Source: Octopus vulgaris (Eukaryota). Taken from it: a stretch of DNA of 64,000 bases. The stretch spans positions 28,086,001 through 28,150,000 of the forward strand of contig OX597815.1 in assembly GCA_951406725.2 (NCBI GenBank). The letters are read 5' to 3'. Below the pieces are notes generated by a model. It worked only from the letters and a program-made list of their open reading frames with translations. It was not told where the DNA came from and made no database searches. How positions within the stretch are numbered: position 1 is the first letter of the stretch; the number at the start of each line of letters is the position of its first letter. Position numbers and translations under genes: made by a program. Positions 40,679-53,599 of this stretch are shown in pieces.

Positions 40679-41924
40679 TTAGGTCCTCTCATAAATAATG
40701 TGGTTTTTTATACTTCTTTTATTTTTCAAAGTTAAGATAAACAAAGTTCTTATTTAATCTAAAATATACTCTCCTTCATTTTCTACAATGTTATTCCATC
40801 TATCTGCCAGACATGTAAGGCCCCTCTTCCAAAATTCACTTGTCCATGGCGAAAAACACTTTTCCAGTACTGTTCTGACCTCATCTAGAGAATTCATATT
40901 TTTACCGTCCAAATGATTTTGAAGACTGCATAATAAATGATAAACAGATGGGGCAATGTCCGGCAAATATGCTGGGTAGGACATCATTTCCCATTCAAAC
41001 TGCTCCAGCCTTTGGAATGTCATCCTCGTTGTATGTGGTTGAGCATTATCCAAATGGAAGAATACCTTTTGTCTTGAAACCAAAGATGGTTGTTTTACTT
41101 CTAGCACTGACTTAAGCCACTCAAGGTCTTGCAGTAGATCTCCTCTGTTATCGTTTGGTTTAGGTTTAAAAGTTCAAAGTGGACTAAACTTTTCATATCC
41201 AACCAAACAGATAACAACACCTTCTTTAACCTGGGTTGCTGGTGTTTCTCCTTTCCCTACCCACTTTCTCCAGTGCTTGACATTTTTATAGAGAACCCAT
41301 TTCTCATCACCAGTCACTATTCTGTCCAAAAAAGGTTCATTCATGAGATGTGACAGCAAAGAAGAGCACACATTCACTCTCTGTGTGCAATTAGACTCAG
41401 AAAGTTTGTGAGGAACCCATTGACCCAATTTGCTGACTCTTCCGATGGCATGTAGGTAACAATGAATGGTTGAATGACCAAATCCAAGTTTCTCTGCTAG
41501 TTTTTCAATAGTTATGATGGGATTTTGTTCCACCAGGGTTTGCAGGATGTCATTGTCAAGCTCTACAGATCTTCCAGGATGAGGCTTGTCTTCTAGGCTG
41601 TAGTTTCCGGCTCAGAATTTCTGGAACCATGACACTTATTGTCCAATCCCCATATACTGCATTAATATCCCTCACACTTTCCATTGCATTGTTGCCTTTA
41701 TTGAACTCATAAAGCAAAATATGCTGAATATGCTCCTTTCTCACTTTCATTATAGCTTTGAAAAAATAACTTGAAATCAAGATGCACTCTTCAAAACTTG
41801 CATTAAGAATAAATACAAGGTAAAATTACTACCGGCTTTTATAGCAAGTTGATGCAGGCAGTTTACCCTCCAACTTTTAGTTCATGCAATTGAAAAAAAC
41901 CACATTATTTATGGGATGACCCAA
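40679..41924 (-). mobile_element. Full-length but inactivated mariner (Tc1/mariner) transposon, about 1.25 kb
   Basis: About 30-bp TIRs (ttaggtcctctcataaataatgtggttttt / aaaaaccacattatttatgggatgacccaa) with flanking TA. Frameshifted transposase with WVPHKL, TGDEKW, HLDNAQPH and YLPDIAPSVY (third catalytic D replaced by V). Confidence 0.95.
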
Positions 41925-41985
41925 TATATAAATAATAGTAGATTCTTACTCTCTGAATTGCAACTACATATAACAAAAATAATTA

Positions 41986-43069
41986 CCATAAAAACTCATG
42001 TAATTTGCACACCTGTGTAATTTACACAGGAGATTTTTCAGGATAAAATTTGTTAAAAAAGCTTCTACTCATGTAAAATTTGCACCTAAAAGTTTTCAGA
42101 ATTGCCAGTATAGCCAGGGGAAAAAAGGTTTTCAATTTAGTTGTATTTAGAATAACTTCACTTACTTATGATTAGATTTTATTAAATTTTCATTAAATAA
42201 AAAATATTTCTGCTTAACAGGTATCATATTGAAAGCTATTAAATTACAAAGTGTTTGTGTTGTTTATCATAAACTTTATTTTATATTTCTTGCCCACAAG
42301 AGATTATATTCGATTTTTAGCATACTGCTGTATCTCTACTCAAATCACAATCACTGGAAAAGCTGTTGATAAGAATTACCAACAAAAACAAAGCTGATAA
42401 GTTAGAACAGGTATTGCAAATTAAGTTTAATTACCAATAAACATCAGCTTGGATGACACTTTACTCAACCGACTGAGGAAGGTAACCGATCAAACTGATC
42501 ATGTAAACAGAATTCTTTTCTGCCTTTTCTTGTCGGAACCTTTGATACGGAGTATCGAAATTTTAATCCCTTTCACACTTATAAAGTGTCAAGCAAACTT
42601 AAAAATTTGTCATTACCATTGTTGTCAGTATGAGCAGAACTTATGAATTGTTTACTGTGACAGAGAAATTAAATATGTGCTCCATTGCGATAGGTAGAAA
42701 CTCTAAGTGATGTAAAATATGAACCGGATTGTGTTTACTAGCATGAACATCAGATTTCAGAAACTAGTTAACCATTTAATGGTTTTAGCAAATTTATACA
42801 GAAAAAGTAAGCATTAAACTGTCCAGCATAAATAAAAGTCAACTTCATTATGTGTACTTCAGCCATTATTTTTTTCTGTAAAAATCTCTATTCTGACATT
42901 AAATGAGTCAACTTCCGTTACAAAATTTTATGTTTTGTACATCTTTTCTTAACAAAAAAAAATTTCAAAATAAATTCTGGAAATGATCTACTCATGTAGT
43001 TTACGCACCCACTAAAGTTTATTTTTAGTTTTGTGAAAAAATGTGCATAAATTACATGGGTTTTTACGG
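41986..43069. mobile_element. Non-autonomous Tc2/pogo-like DNA element
   Basis: Imperfect TIRs ccataaaaactcatgtaatttgcaca / tgtgcataaattacatgggtttttacgg, each flanked by TA. Subterminal motif ctactcatgta..ttt.c.cacc is repeated inside. Confidence 0.65.
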
Positions 43070-43539
43070 TACCCAGAATTGTTAGGTAGTGTGGAATAAC
43101 ATGATTCAGAGCTGAGTTTGTATGTTATAATAGAACAAAAAAGTAGAAATAATGTTCATAATAAAAATAGAGGTAAAATTTGAATAACAATTCAAAGGGG
43201 AAAAAATTACTCAATAGAGTTAAGTAGAGCAGAATAATAACATTCTTCCAAGCTGACTGTGAGATCTTGACTTGGAGCTTCCTTGAACTTAAATTCTGAA
43301 TTTATTTCCTTTGGGGAGGGATGGAAGGATGGACGATCTATCTGACTGTCTGTCTATCTATCTATATATATATGAGAAAGACAGAAAGGGGGACCTGGAA
43401 AGAGATGGGTACTGCTAGGTTTAAAAATAACGGTAACACCATAGTTAAAATAGAAATACTATGACTCTAATAGGGTTAGGAGTTCAAAGAAGAAAGGGAC
43501 ACATTCATACATGTGCACATGTATGGATGCATATATATA

Positions 43540-43765
43540 AATCTCCTGATCTGACCCCACCTGACTATTATCTGTTCCCCAACATGAAAAAACAATTGGT
43601 TAGGGACCAGTATAGCAGTGATGTTGATGTCACATCTGGTGCTGATGACTTTTCTGTTGACCAACAGGATGAAAACTTCTTCAATGGGATAACAGCACTG
43701 TAACACCAATGAAAGAGGTGTGTGGACTACAAGAGGGACTATGTTGAAAAATAAACTACATTTGG
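43540..43765 (+). mobile_element. 3' fragment of a second mariner transposase
   Basis: SPDLTPPDYYLFPNMKKQL, then FFNGITAL and KRCVDYKRDYVEK. Confidence 0.85.
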
Positions 43766-43769
43766 TTGA

Positions 43770-43937
43770 TTATTTACATTATTTACAATTGATGGATATT
43801 TGTCCTCACCTTGTTTGTTGTTAACATGTTTCGGGTGATATACCCTCCAGCCTTCATTAGGTGTCTTGGGGAAATTTCAAACCTGGGTTCTCATTCCTAA
43901 GGTATTTTTTGATGTTGTTTATTATTATTATTATTAA

Positions 43938-43969
<32 letters not shown>

Positions 43970-44105
43970 GGAGTGGCTGGCATTAGGAAGGGCATCCAGC
44001 TGTAGAAACACTGCCAAATCAGACTGGAGCCTGGTGCAGCCTTCTGGCTTTCCAGATCCCTGGTCGAACCGTCTAACCCATGCTAGCATGGAGAATGGAT
44101 GTTAA

Positions 44106-44138
<33 letters not shown>

Positions 44139-45160
44139 TCACTGCTTGGGATCAAACTCCAAGCAGTGACCTGAACAATAACAATAATGAAGCCAGTATG
44201 CTCCAATGGATGTGTAAGGAATGAAGCCAGTATGCTCCGATGGATGTGTAATGTCAGTGTGCATACTCGACAAAGTGTTAGTCCCTTGAGAGAAAAGTTG
44301 AGCCTAAGAAGCATCAGATGTGGTGTGAAAGAGAGACAATTGTGCCAGTATGGCCATGTGGTGAGAATGGATGTGGATAGCTGTGTGAAAAAGTGCCACA
44401 CCCTAGCGGTTGAGGGAATGTGTGGAAGAGGTAGACCCAGGAAGACCTGGGATGAGGTGGTGAAGCATGACCTTCAAACACTGGGCCCCACCAAGGCAAT
44501 GACTAGTGACTGGGACCTTTGGAAATATGCTGTGCTTGAGAAAACTCAGCAACCAGCCCACTTATGCGTACCTTTCCTTCACTGGACACTAAACTCTGCT
44601 TGCAAAGACCTATTGAGGCAAGTGAAATCAAAATCGAAATCAAATTCAATGACTGGCATCCGTGCTAGTGGAGCGCTAAAAGTACCATACGAGCGTGATC
44701 GTTGCCAGAGCAACAAGCTGGCCTCCATGCCGGTGGCATGTAAAAAGCACCATTCAAGTGTGATCGTTACCTGCATTGCCTTATTAGCACTTGTACTGGA
44801 GGCATGTGAAAAAACATTCGAGTGAGGCCATTGCCAGTGCCGCTGGACTGGCTCCTGTGCAGGTGACACATAAAAAGCAGCATTTGATCATGGCCGTTGC
44901 CAGTACCGCCTGACTAGCACTTGTGTTGGTGGCATGTAAAAGCACCCACTACACTCTCGGAGTGGTTGGCGTTAGGAAGGGAATCCAGCTGTAGAAACTC
45001 TGCCAAATCAGATTGGAGTCTGGTGCAGCCATCTGGTTCGCCAGACCTCAGTCAAATCGTCTAACCCATGCTAGCATGGAAAGCTACAAACAAGATGAGG
45101 AGAAATATCCGTCAAATGTAAATAATGTACATAATTCCTCATCTCTTAAATATAGAACTG
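43770..45160. mobile_element. Nested cluster: inverted pair of PLE pLTR remnants (same family as 31983-32623) interrupted by a SINE tail and an RTE 3' fragment
   Basis: 43770-43920 (-) pLTR. Junction hairpin gtcactgcttgg..ccaagcagtgac at 44138-44170. The (+) pLTR end resumes at 45086-45160. Confidence 0.7.
44187..44560 (+). mobile_element. RTE LINE 3' coding fragment
   Basis: RNEASMLRWMCNV..YGHVVRMD..VEGMCGRGRPRKTWDEVVKHDL. Confidence 0.88.
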
Positions 45161-45708
45161 TACTCATTTGGTTACATTCCATGAGAGTTTCTTGGTCAGC
45201 CTGTGAACCTTTTAGCCAACCTTTGTGTGTGTATACATATTTATACACAAACACACAATGAGTTTGTTTAGTCCAATCCATGTAAGCATGGAAAAATGTT
45301 TGTAAACTGATAATAATGATGATGATTTTTTTATGTATGTATGTGTAGGTGTGTGCATGTAAGTCTGTGCAAATGAAGATTTGTTTACATTATCGTGTGC
45401 TTAGGGTAGGATATTTCTACTAATTCGGTTCAGGTATTTTGTGATGCTTGAAAACCAACTCACTGGAATACCTGTACAATTATTGCTAGGTAAACAATAT
45501 TTCAGTAAATTATCAATTTCTCACTTCTACTTCAGTAAATCTGCCCTTCCCCCTATCTCGATATAGCTATTGAATACGGTTGGTTATTCTATATTTAAAT
45601 CCTGTTAATTTTAGACATGGCATGAACTGAGATTCTCTCTGGCAGTTAGATTAAATTAATATCACCTACTTTACTTGCAGTAAATTGAGTTTTAAAAAAT
45701 TTTCTTGG

Positions 45709-45741
<33 letters not shown>

Positions 45742-45930
45742 TTAAACATTCATGCACGTACATGTGCGCTCACACGCACACAGAGAACAAGTTGGCTGAA
45801 TCAGTATCATATAATAGAAGACAATATATATATATATATACGACTAATATAGGATGAAGTTTTTTACAGAAAAAATTTCATAAGAACGTGGCAGCATATT
45901 AAAATACCTTTAAAGATTAAAATTATAAAC

Positions 45931-46234
45931 AACTTATAAACAAAGGCTAAAGAAAATATTTCTATGCCAATACGCTGATAACAGACTTTTAAATCATCAA
46001 TTTCCACATATTATATACTCACTACAGAAATACATAGTACTGAAATCGGGAAGCTAGTCAACAGAATTTTTTTTAAATAACAAACTTTTTTAAAAAATTC
46101 TATTGACTAGCTTCCCAATTTCAGTACTACGTATTTCTGTAGTGAGTATATAATATGTGGAAATTGATGATTTAAAAGTCTGTTATCAGCGTATTGGCAT
46201 AGAAATAATTTTCTTTTGCCCTTGGTTATAAGTT
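45931..46234. repeat. Fold-back inverted repeat (about 140-bp arms, about 20-nt loop)
   Basis: 45931-46072 versus 46092-46234 with few mismatches. Ends at (TA)n. Confidence 0.93.
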
Positions 46235-47419
46235 ATATATATATATATGTATATAATGAAATGAGATCATCATCATCATTTAACGTCTACTTTCCATGAT
46301 GGCATGGATAAGATGGTTTGACTGGAGTTGGTAAGCTTTAGAGCTGCACCAGGTCCCAGTCAGTTTTGGTTTGGTTTCTATGACTGGATGCCCTTCCTAA
46401 TGCCAACTACTCCACAGCGTGTACTGGATGCCTTTTACACGTCACCAGCATGGGCGCCTTCTATGTGTCACTGGCAGGGGTGTCTTTTATGTGCCACCAG
46501 CATGGGGCATGGGTACCTTTTGCATGTCACTGGCACTGGATAATAATGATAAAAATTTGTGGGAGCCAGGAAATTCCATGCTTTATAAAGGCTCTTATTT
46601 CTAGTTTGAGGCATAAATTTATAGATTTTTATAATATTGTTTCAATATGTCAATGATTTTGATTATGTCTTCTGCTGTGTTCCATAGTTGGACTTTTTAA
46701 AAGCATAACATTAGAATGTATAACATAACACAAACACACACATACACAGACACACACATACACATGATGGGCTTCCTTAGTTTTCACCTCCCAAATTTAC
46801 TCACAAGGCATTGGCTGACCCAGGGTTATAGTAGAACACACTTGCCTGAAGTACCATGCAATGAAGTGAATTTGAAACCATGTGGCTGCAAAGTGAGCTT
46901 CTTCACCAAACAACCATTTCATTTTCGTGTATTTGAACATCTCGTCTTCTATTATATGATACTGACTCAGCCATCTTTTTCTGTGTGTGTGTGTGAGCGT
47001 GCATGTACATGCATGAATGTTTAACCAATATATACATTCAAAGAATGTAAACAACAAATGAAAACCCAATGCTTTCCAAATGAGGTCATTTGCACTGAGC
47101 TCTAGAGGCTCCCATGTTATTATTGCTGTCAGAAATGTAGTGAATTAGGTATTGGTTTATTGGAAACCTATAACCAAACAAAGCAATTAATCGCAAATTG
47201 TGATATAAAATCCAAAAATAAACAGCACCAATAATAGGCGCAGAGGCATGGCTGTATGATTTCAACTTTGTTCCACTTAACAGCACCTTGGGTAAGTGTC
47301 TTCTACTATAGCTTCAGGCTGACCAATAACTTCTGAGTGAATTTGATAGATGGAAATGGTAGGAACACATCATGTATGTGTGTGTGAAGTGTATAAAATC
47401 AAAATCGATCAACATGAAT

Positions 47420-47825
47420 GGAAATTGTAGCTGTAATACCAGTGCTGGTGGCACATAAGAGAACCATCCGAATGTGGCCGTTGCCAGTGCCGCCCTGACT
47501 GGCTTCTGTGCCGGTGGCACGTAAAAAGCACCATCCGATCGTGGCCGTTGCCAGTCTCGCTTGGCCTCCGTGTCGGTGGCATGTAAAAAGCACCATCCGA
47601 CCGTGGCCGTTTGCCAGCCTCGTCTGGCACCTGTGCCGGTGACATGTAAAAAGCACCCACTACACTCATGGAGTGGTTGGCATTAGGAAGGGCATCCAGC
47701 CGTAGAAACATTGCCAGATCAGACTGGGCCTGGTGCAGCCTTCTGGCTTCCCAGACACCAGTTGCACCGTTCAACCCATGCCAGCATGGAAAGCGGACGC
47801 TAAACGATGATGATGATGATGATGA

Positions 47826-47828
<3 letters not shown>
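47420..47828 (+). mobile_element. RTE-tail repeat family C with tandem ccggtggcacgtaaaaagcacc subunits and a (GAT)n tail; other copies about 9940-10145(-), 30390-30700(+), 35360-35612(+), 38395-38868(+), 44570-45083(+), 46268-46540(-), 52210-52420(-), 60690-60965(+)
   Basis: Recurrent ggagtggttggc.ttaggaagggcatccagc..ccaacccatgc.agcatgga..cgttaaacgatgatgat. It follows RTE coding sequence directly at about 44560. Confidence 0.85.
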
Positions 47829-47889
<61 letters not shown>

Positions 47890-48030
47890 TTAGAGACAAA
47901 ACCACTATTTTGCAAAACATATATACATATATATATATATATATATATTACCCATAAACATAAATCCGAAAACAGAAGCACACTCTAAGTTATAGAGCAG
48001 TATTTATTAAAGTTAGATAAGACAGTTTAT

Positions 48031-48091
48031 GAGATTACCTTAGGTTTCATGCCCATAAAGGACTTAGCTTTATGGTGTATCATCAGATCCC
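48031..48091 (-). ncRNA. Type I hammerhead ribozyme in a PLE pseudo-LTR
   Basis: GGGAU-CUGAUGA-(U ACA CCAUAAAG..CUUUAUGG GCAU)-GAAA-CCUAAGG-UA-AUCUC. Core intact; stems I, II and III identifiable. Confidence 0.8.
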
Positions 48092-49819
48092 AAAACCTGT
48101 TGGCCTAAAAGCCTCTCTAGCAAGTGGCTTCTGTAGAGTATGGAAGAGGAAAGGACCCCATTACTCAATATCAACAAAGGGGATTGTCTGCCCTTGGCTA
48201 TTGCTGATGTCAACAAAGAGGATTGAATCTCTTTGGCTAGCAATTACAAGTGACCCTCTTATCTTGTGGGTTCCAATAGGCTAGTAGGAATTTCCTGAAA
48301 TATAAACATGGTCTGAAGACCTCTGTTCTGAAGTTCAGAATGTTCCTTGGGTCAAGGAAGTCCTTTAGGATCCTTGCCTGTTCCACTATGCATAATTTAC
48401 AGCAATTGGTCTCGATAATTTAGGGACTTAGATTTTCTAGGATTCTCCATCATATTGCGTATGGAATCCTGTCATCTATCAGCTGCCATACATGGCTGAA
48501 TAATGATGTGATGACTCTCCTTTCTGGAATCCTGAAGGGAGATCTGTGGCTGGAGAGGCATTGTTTGAACAAGTTCCCAGAACAGCTGATATATTTTCGT
48601 GGTCGGTTGTTGGTGGTGGTATGTCTGTTGGTGTTGACATTGCTGCCACCACTGTTGCTGGAACTGGTGTTGTTGGTGCTGGCGCTGATGATGTTGGTGA
48701 TAGTGATGGTGTTGATGCTGCTGTTGCCGGTGTTGGTAAAGGTGCCATTGTTGTTATGGCCATCGTCATTGATGGAAGGTGTTGTCATTGCTGTTGTGGA
48801 TGCCATTGGTGATGTCTCTGCTGCTATTTCCATTAGGGATACTGCTGTCGTTATTGTTGCTGTTATTGTTATTATCACTGGTGATGGTACTGCTGCTGCT
48901 GTTATGGGAACTGTTGAGCCTGCTGTTGTAGCTGTAGCCATTAGGGAAACTGCTGCTGCTGCTGTTTTTGCTGTTGTCAAGCAACAAGACAGGTAAGGGT
49001 GATTAGGTGATGGTCTAGGGCTTAGGGGCGGGAGACCCCAGACCTTGGAAAAAAAAACAACTTTAGTCGTCTTGTTGTAGTTGAAGGCTCTTCGTTGACA
49101 CCCGATACCACTGGGAGGTTGACCTTGAAGTCGCTGGAAATGGAGATCTCTAGGTCCAAATTCTTGAATGGCTGCTGCTGCAGTTGTTGTTAGGGATACT
49201 ACCTTTGCTGTCATTGATGTTGTTATTGTTATTGCTAGCAATGGTGCTGTTGGTTCTGTTCATATTTCTGCTGCTGATGTCCTTGCTACTGTGGTTGTCA
49301 TTAGTGGAGCTACTGATGTTACTGCTGCTGCTAGAGTCAGCCAGTATCACCTCCCTTGGTTTTGCAGTGGCCCCTCACTGGGCATCTGTTGTAGTCCCTG
49401 TATTCATGGGTTAAGGGTGCTAACTAGAATGCTCTTAATATTGAAGCACAGATAAAAGAAACCCTAAGGTTGTGCCTGTTGAAAATGAGTCCATAACTAT
49501 GTGAACTAGTGAAATGTCTATCTTTTAACTTAAAGAATATCCTACCTACAGACATTTTTATGTTAAGAGAGAACTTGATAGATGGAAACTGAAAGAATCC
49601 TGTTACGTGTGTGTGTATGTGTGCTAGTCTATTGGAACCCATAGGATAACAGGGTTACCGGTGATCAATAGCCAAAGGGATACCATCCCTTTGTTGACAT
49701 TAGCAATCAATAATCAAGAGGAGACAATCCTCTTTGTTGACACTGAGTACCGGGGTCCTTTTCCTTCTTCTTACTCTGGAGAGGTCACTCACTAGAGAGG
49801 CCTTTAGCCAACAGGTTTT

Positions 49820-49881
49820 GGGATTCTGATGATACACCATAAAGCTTAGCCTTTTATGGATATGCAGCCTAAGGTAATACC
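49820..49881 (+). ncRNA. Degenerate hammerhead (inverted pLTR copy; GAAA mutated to GCAG)
   Basis: CTGATGA at 49826-49832 with the same stem II and CCTAAGGTA, but GCAG at 49864-49867. Confidence 0.6.
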
Positions 49882-51179
49882 ATAAACTGGCCTTATCTAA
49901 CTTAATTATATACATGTGTGGCTGTATGATAAGAAGTTTACTTCTCAACCAGATGGCTCTGGGTTCAGTCTCACGGCATGCAACCTTGGGTGAGTGTCTA
50001 CTGCTATAGCCTTGGGCTGACCAAAGCCTTATGAGTGAACTTGGTAGATGGAAACTGAAAGAAGCTTGTTGTGTGTGTGTGTGTGTGTGTGTGTCTTAGT
50101 GTTTGTCAACTACTTGAAAACTAGTGTAACTTAGTGCTTTGACAAAAAAGACCAATAGAATAAGTAACAAACTAAAAAAAAAGTACATAGGTCAATTTGT
50201 GGATTAAAGTCAAGGCAGTGCTCCAGCATGGTCACAGCGCAATGACTGGAACATATGAAAGATAAAAGATAACTGTTGCTTATTTCCACTTCTCTTCATT
50301 TGAGCTTTGTTTACCATTAACAAATCAATGGTATCAAATCACTAACGGTTACATATGTTGTGCACAGAGTATAAACCATCCCCTTTTTATGGAGGATTAG
50401 AACTGTGGGGGAAAAAAAGTCAACACCTATCTGAAGAATCTACTAAAATCTGTACATGAAGTGAGGAGTGATATCAAGTGATAGTAAGACCCAAGATAGA
50501 AAAACAAGAAAGCCATTCACAGTAATCCAAACCCACCTTACTAGAAGTTGTATATAAATAGGATACATTCACTATACACAGGAGAAGGAAATGAACTGAT
50601 ACAAGGGGAGAACTGTTACAAATTACTCACAATGGTTTTATACAAATACTTAGAAACAAGTAAAGAATATGCAAAAAATATGCAAAAGGAAAAGACACCC
50701 TAAAACTTCTTTCTAATTATCAGGAAACTAAAAGCTAATTTTACTGAAGAACAAGATTCAGATAAGAAAAAAACAGCAAAAAAGATTTTAAAATATAAAT
50801 AAATGTGCAGCTCCAAAGAGTATTAAGGAAAAAAATAACATGGGAACAATTCAACTTTCAACAGTTAGTTTTCTGCCAGACAGTACAGGAAATAAGCATA
50901 TATGGAAACCTGTAATGGATTTATAGCAGAAGAGGAAAGTTTGAGTTTAGTTTCACAGGATAAATGTCTTAACTAGAAGAAACTACCAAAATAAAATAAA
51001 ACATGTCTAGCGTAGACAATGTACTCAATATAAAAAAAAAAATGAAGAAAACTGACCAAGTAATTTTAAATTGTTCAGTCTTTTCAAAGATAAAATTTAT
51101 TCACAGATATTGCTGGGTAGATAGCTTTGCCTACTGGGAAGTATTGCAGCCACTTTCATTTCGTGGTTTAAACATTTAA

Positions 51180-51580
51180 TAAAATAATAATGAAATTATT
51201 GTATACAGTGCTCAGGTGTACCACAACTTGTCAAAAGTGCGAATAAAGTATATGCAGTAATGTACAAATGCCTGGGAAGTGAACAGTTGTGTGTGTATGG
51301 AGGGAAGAAAATCAGGTGTAGTGCTGGCAAATCTCAGGAAGCATGGAAGTTTTGAAGGATGCAGTGCTTCAACAACTAACAACTGATACCGGCAGTTTGT
51401 TCCATGCTTCAGCAACTCTTAGCATGAAAAAATGTTTCTGAAAGTCATGGGAGTTTGAAAAGGTGCTCAGAGTTATTGTTTGTAAGATGGTTAATAATTT
51501 TATGGGTGTCTGCCAAGTCAGCTGCCAAATGTCGGAGTTTCAATGTATCCATGCTCAGGGAAGTAAGGCGTTCAGAATAT
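51180..51580 (-). mobile_element. CR1/L2-like LINE 3' end (related + copy at about 35615-35825)
   Basis: Shares the tail tgacaagttgtggt.cacctgagcactgtatacaataatttcattattatt with 35769-35825. Confidence 0.6.
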
Positions 51581-52434
51581 GGCAAATGCCTGATGGAGGG
51601 TATTCTCTTGGTCAGCTCTGCCTTTCATCCTTCCAGGGTTGATATATAGAGTACCAGTCTAAGGATGAGGATACTTTCCTCCCATTTTCCTACCTGTCTC
51701 AGGCTTTTTAAAGGATAATAGGTAATGCGCTCCCTCTTCATGAAGTGATAAAACAAAAATGCAGTATATAACAATGATTTAACCACAGTAGTTGGGTATA
51801 TCATTCAACCCCATCACTGTTTTAATGTCCACCTTCCTGTGCTTGCATGGGTCAGATGGAGTTTATAGAGGCAGATTTTCTACAGTTGGACACCCTTCCT
51901 ATTTCCTACTTTTTTTTAACTTGCTTTCAAGCAAGGTAACATTTGCTCATGCCTGATATGTTTGCACAAATTATTGGAAATGAATGACATTCATTTACAA
52001 CAATCCCACAATGTCAAGATAGTGACACATGCATGGATTCTATCTACCAAATCCACTTACAAGGCTGTGGTCAACCTGAGACTATAGCAGAAGGCACTTG
52101 TCTAAGGTACCATGTAGAAGAACTGAACTCGAAACCATGTGGTTGAGAAGCAAACTTCTTAACCACACACTCACACCAGCACCTATATATATATATATAT
52201 ATATATATATCATCATCGTTTAACGCCTGCTTTCCATGGTGGCATGGGTTGGACGATTTTGACTGAGGGCTGGTGAACCAGATGGCTGCACCAGGCTCCA
52301 GTCTTGATCTGGCAGAGTTTCTACAGCTGGATGCCCTTCCTAATGCCAACCACTCCGAGAGTGTAATGGGTGCTTTTTATGTGCCACCAGCACGGGGGCC
52401 AGTAAGGCGGTACTGGCAATGATCTCACTCGAAT

Positions 52435-52733
<299 letters not shown>

Positions 52734-52734
52734 A

Positions 52735-53205
52735 AAAAACCCCACCTTTTATCAATTCAGTAATGAAAAATTAAATTATACCATTTAGGAAGATTACATA
52801 TTATAGAAAGATTAAATATAAGATAAAACATATACCAATGTTTAAGTAATGTGCAAAATAATAAATAAATAAAACGTATATATTTTCATTTCCTGTGAAA
52901 CATTTAATTTAGTGTTAGATTTTCATCAAAAAGATATTTGCATACCATTATATTATATGCAAGTTGTATGCAAGTTTTTCACTGCATCTCATACAGAGCT
53001 ATGTGTGAGCACAACTAAAATCACACTTTCTACACAAACATCTTAAAATATATACCAAATATATACGTTTTATTTATCATTTTGCACATTACTTAATCAT
53101 TGTTATATGTTTAATCTTATATTTAATCTTTCTATAATATGTAAAATTTCTAAATGGTATAATTCAAGTTTTCATTATTGAATTGATAAAAGGTGGTTTT
53201 TTCCT
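52735..53205. repeat. Inverted repeat (about 145-bp arms) enclosing copies of nearby sequence, inside (TA)n
   Basis: 52740-52885 versus 53057-53200. Loop segments match 54159-54283 (inverted) and 53549-53584 (direct). Confidence 0.88.
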
Positions 53206-53599
53206 AATTTATATATATATATATATATCTGTCTAAAATGACAAAAAGATCAACAGGAACCACTCAGCTGTTATAATTAAAGATAGAAGAGAGAAATCAA
53301 TGCACTGATAGGCATCTTGGTCTGTTTTGAACAAAATGTCACATAAAAAAAAGCTATTAAAGTACAGTGATGTAATGGAGATAAACAAGAAGTGGAATAT
53401 AAGAGTAGAAATGGTTTGAATAATATCTTATCAAAAGAGAACATGAATACAATGAAACTCATACATGGGAACACAAATTTATGTACTATCCAAAATATAA
53501 TCCTTCTAAACACATCATACATGCTATCCAAGCAACTTTAGATTGAATAGCACAACTAAAATCACATGTTCTACACAAACATCTCACAATACTAATAAT

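Larger units (their letters stand above)
48006..49905 (-). mobile_element. 5'-truncated Penelope-like element with an inverted pseudo-LTR copy at its 5' end
   Basis: RT-thumb-like FSLNIKMSVGRIFFKLKDRHF..IFNRHNLRVSF (about 49450-49575). Degenerate GIY-YIG EN KYISCSGNLFKQCLSSHRSPFR..HVWQL..CKLC..LNFRTEVFRPC (about 48280-48600). Ala/Thr/Asn/Ser low-complexity linker. About 280-bp inverted repeat 48006-48285 / 49622-49905. Confidence 0.88.

Noticed and set aside
40754-41780. Active or domesticated (SETMAR-like) transposase
   Set aside because: Split by frameshifts, third catalytic Asp lost, TIRs retained, no SET domain.
44187-44825. 212-aa ORF as a host gene
   Set aside because: It is an RTE LINE C-terminal fragment reading into a repeat tail.
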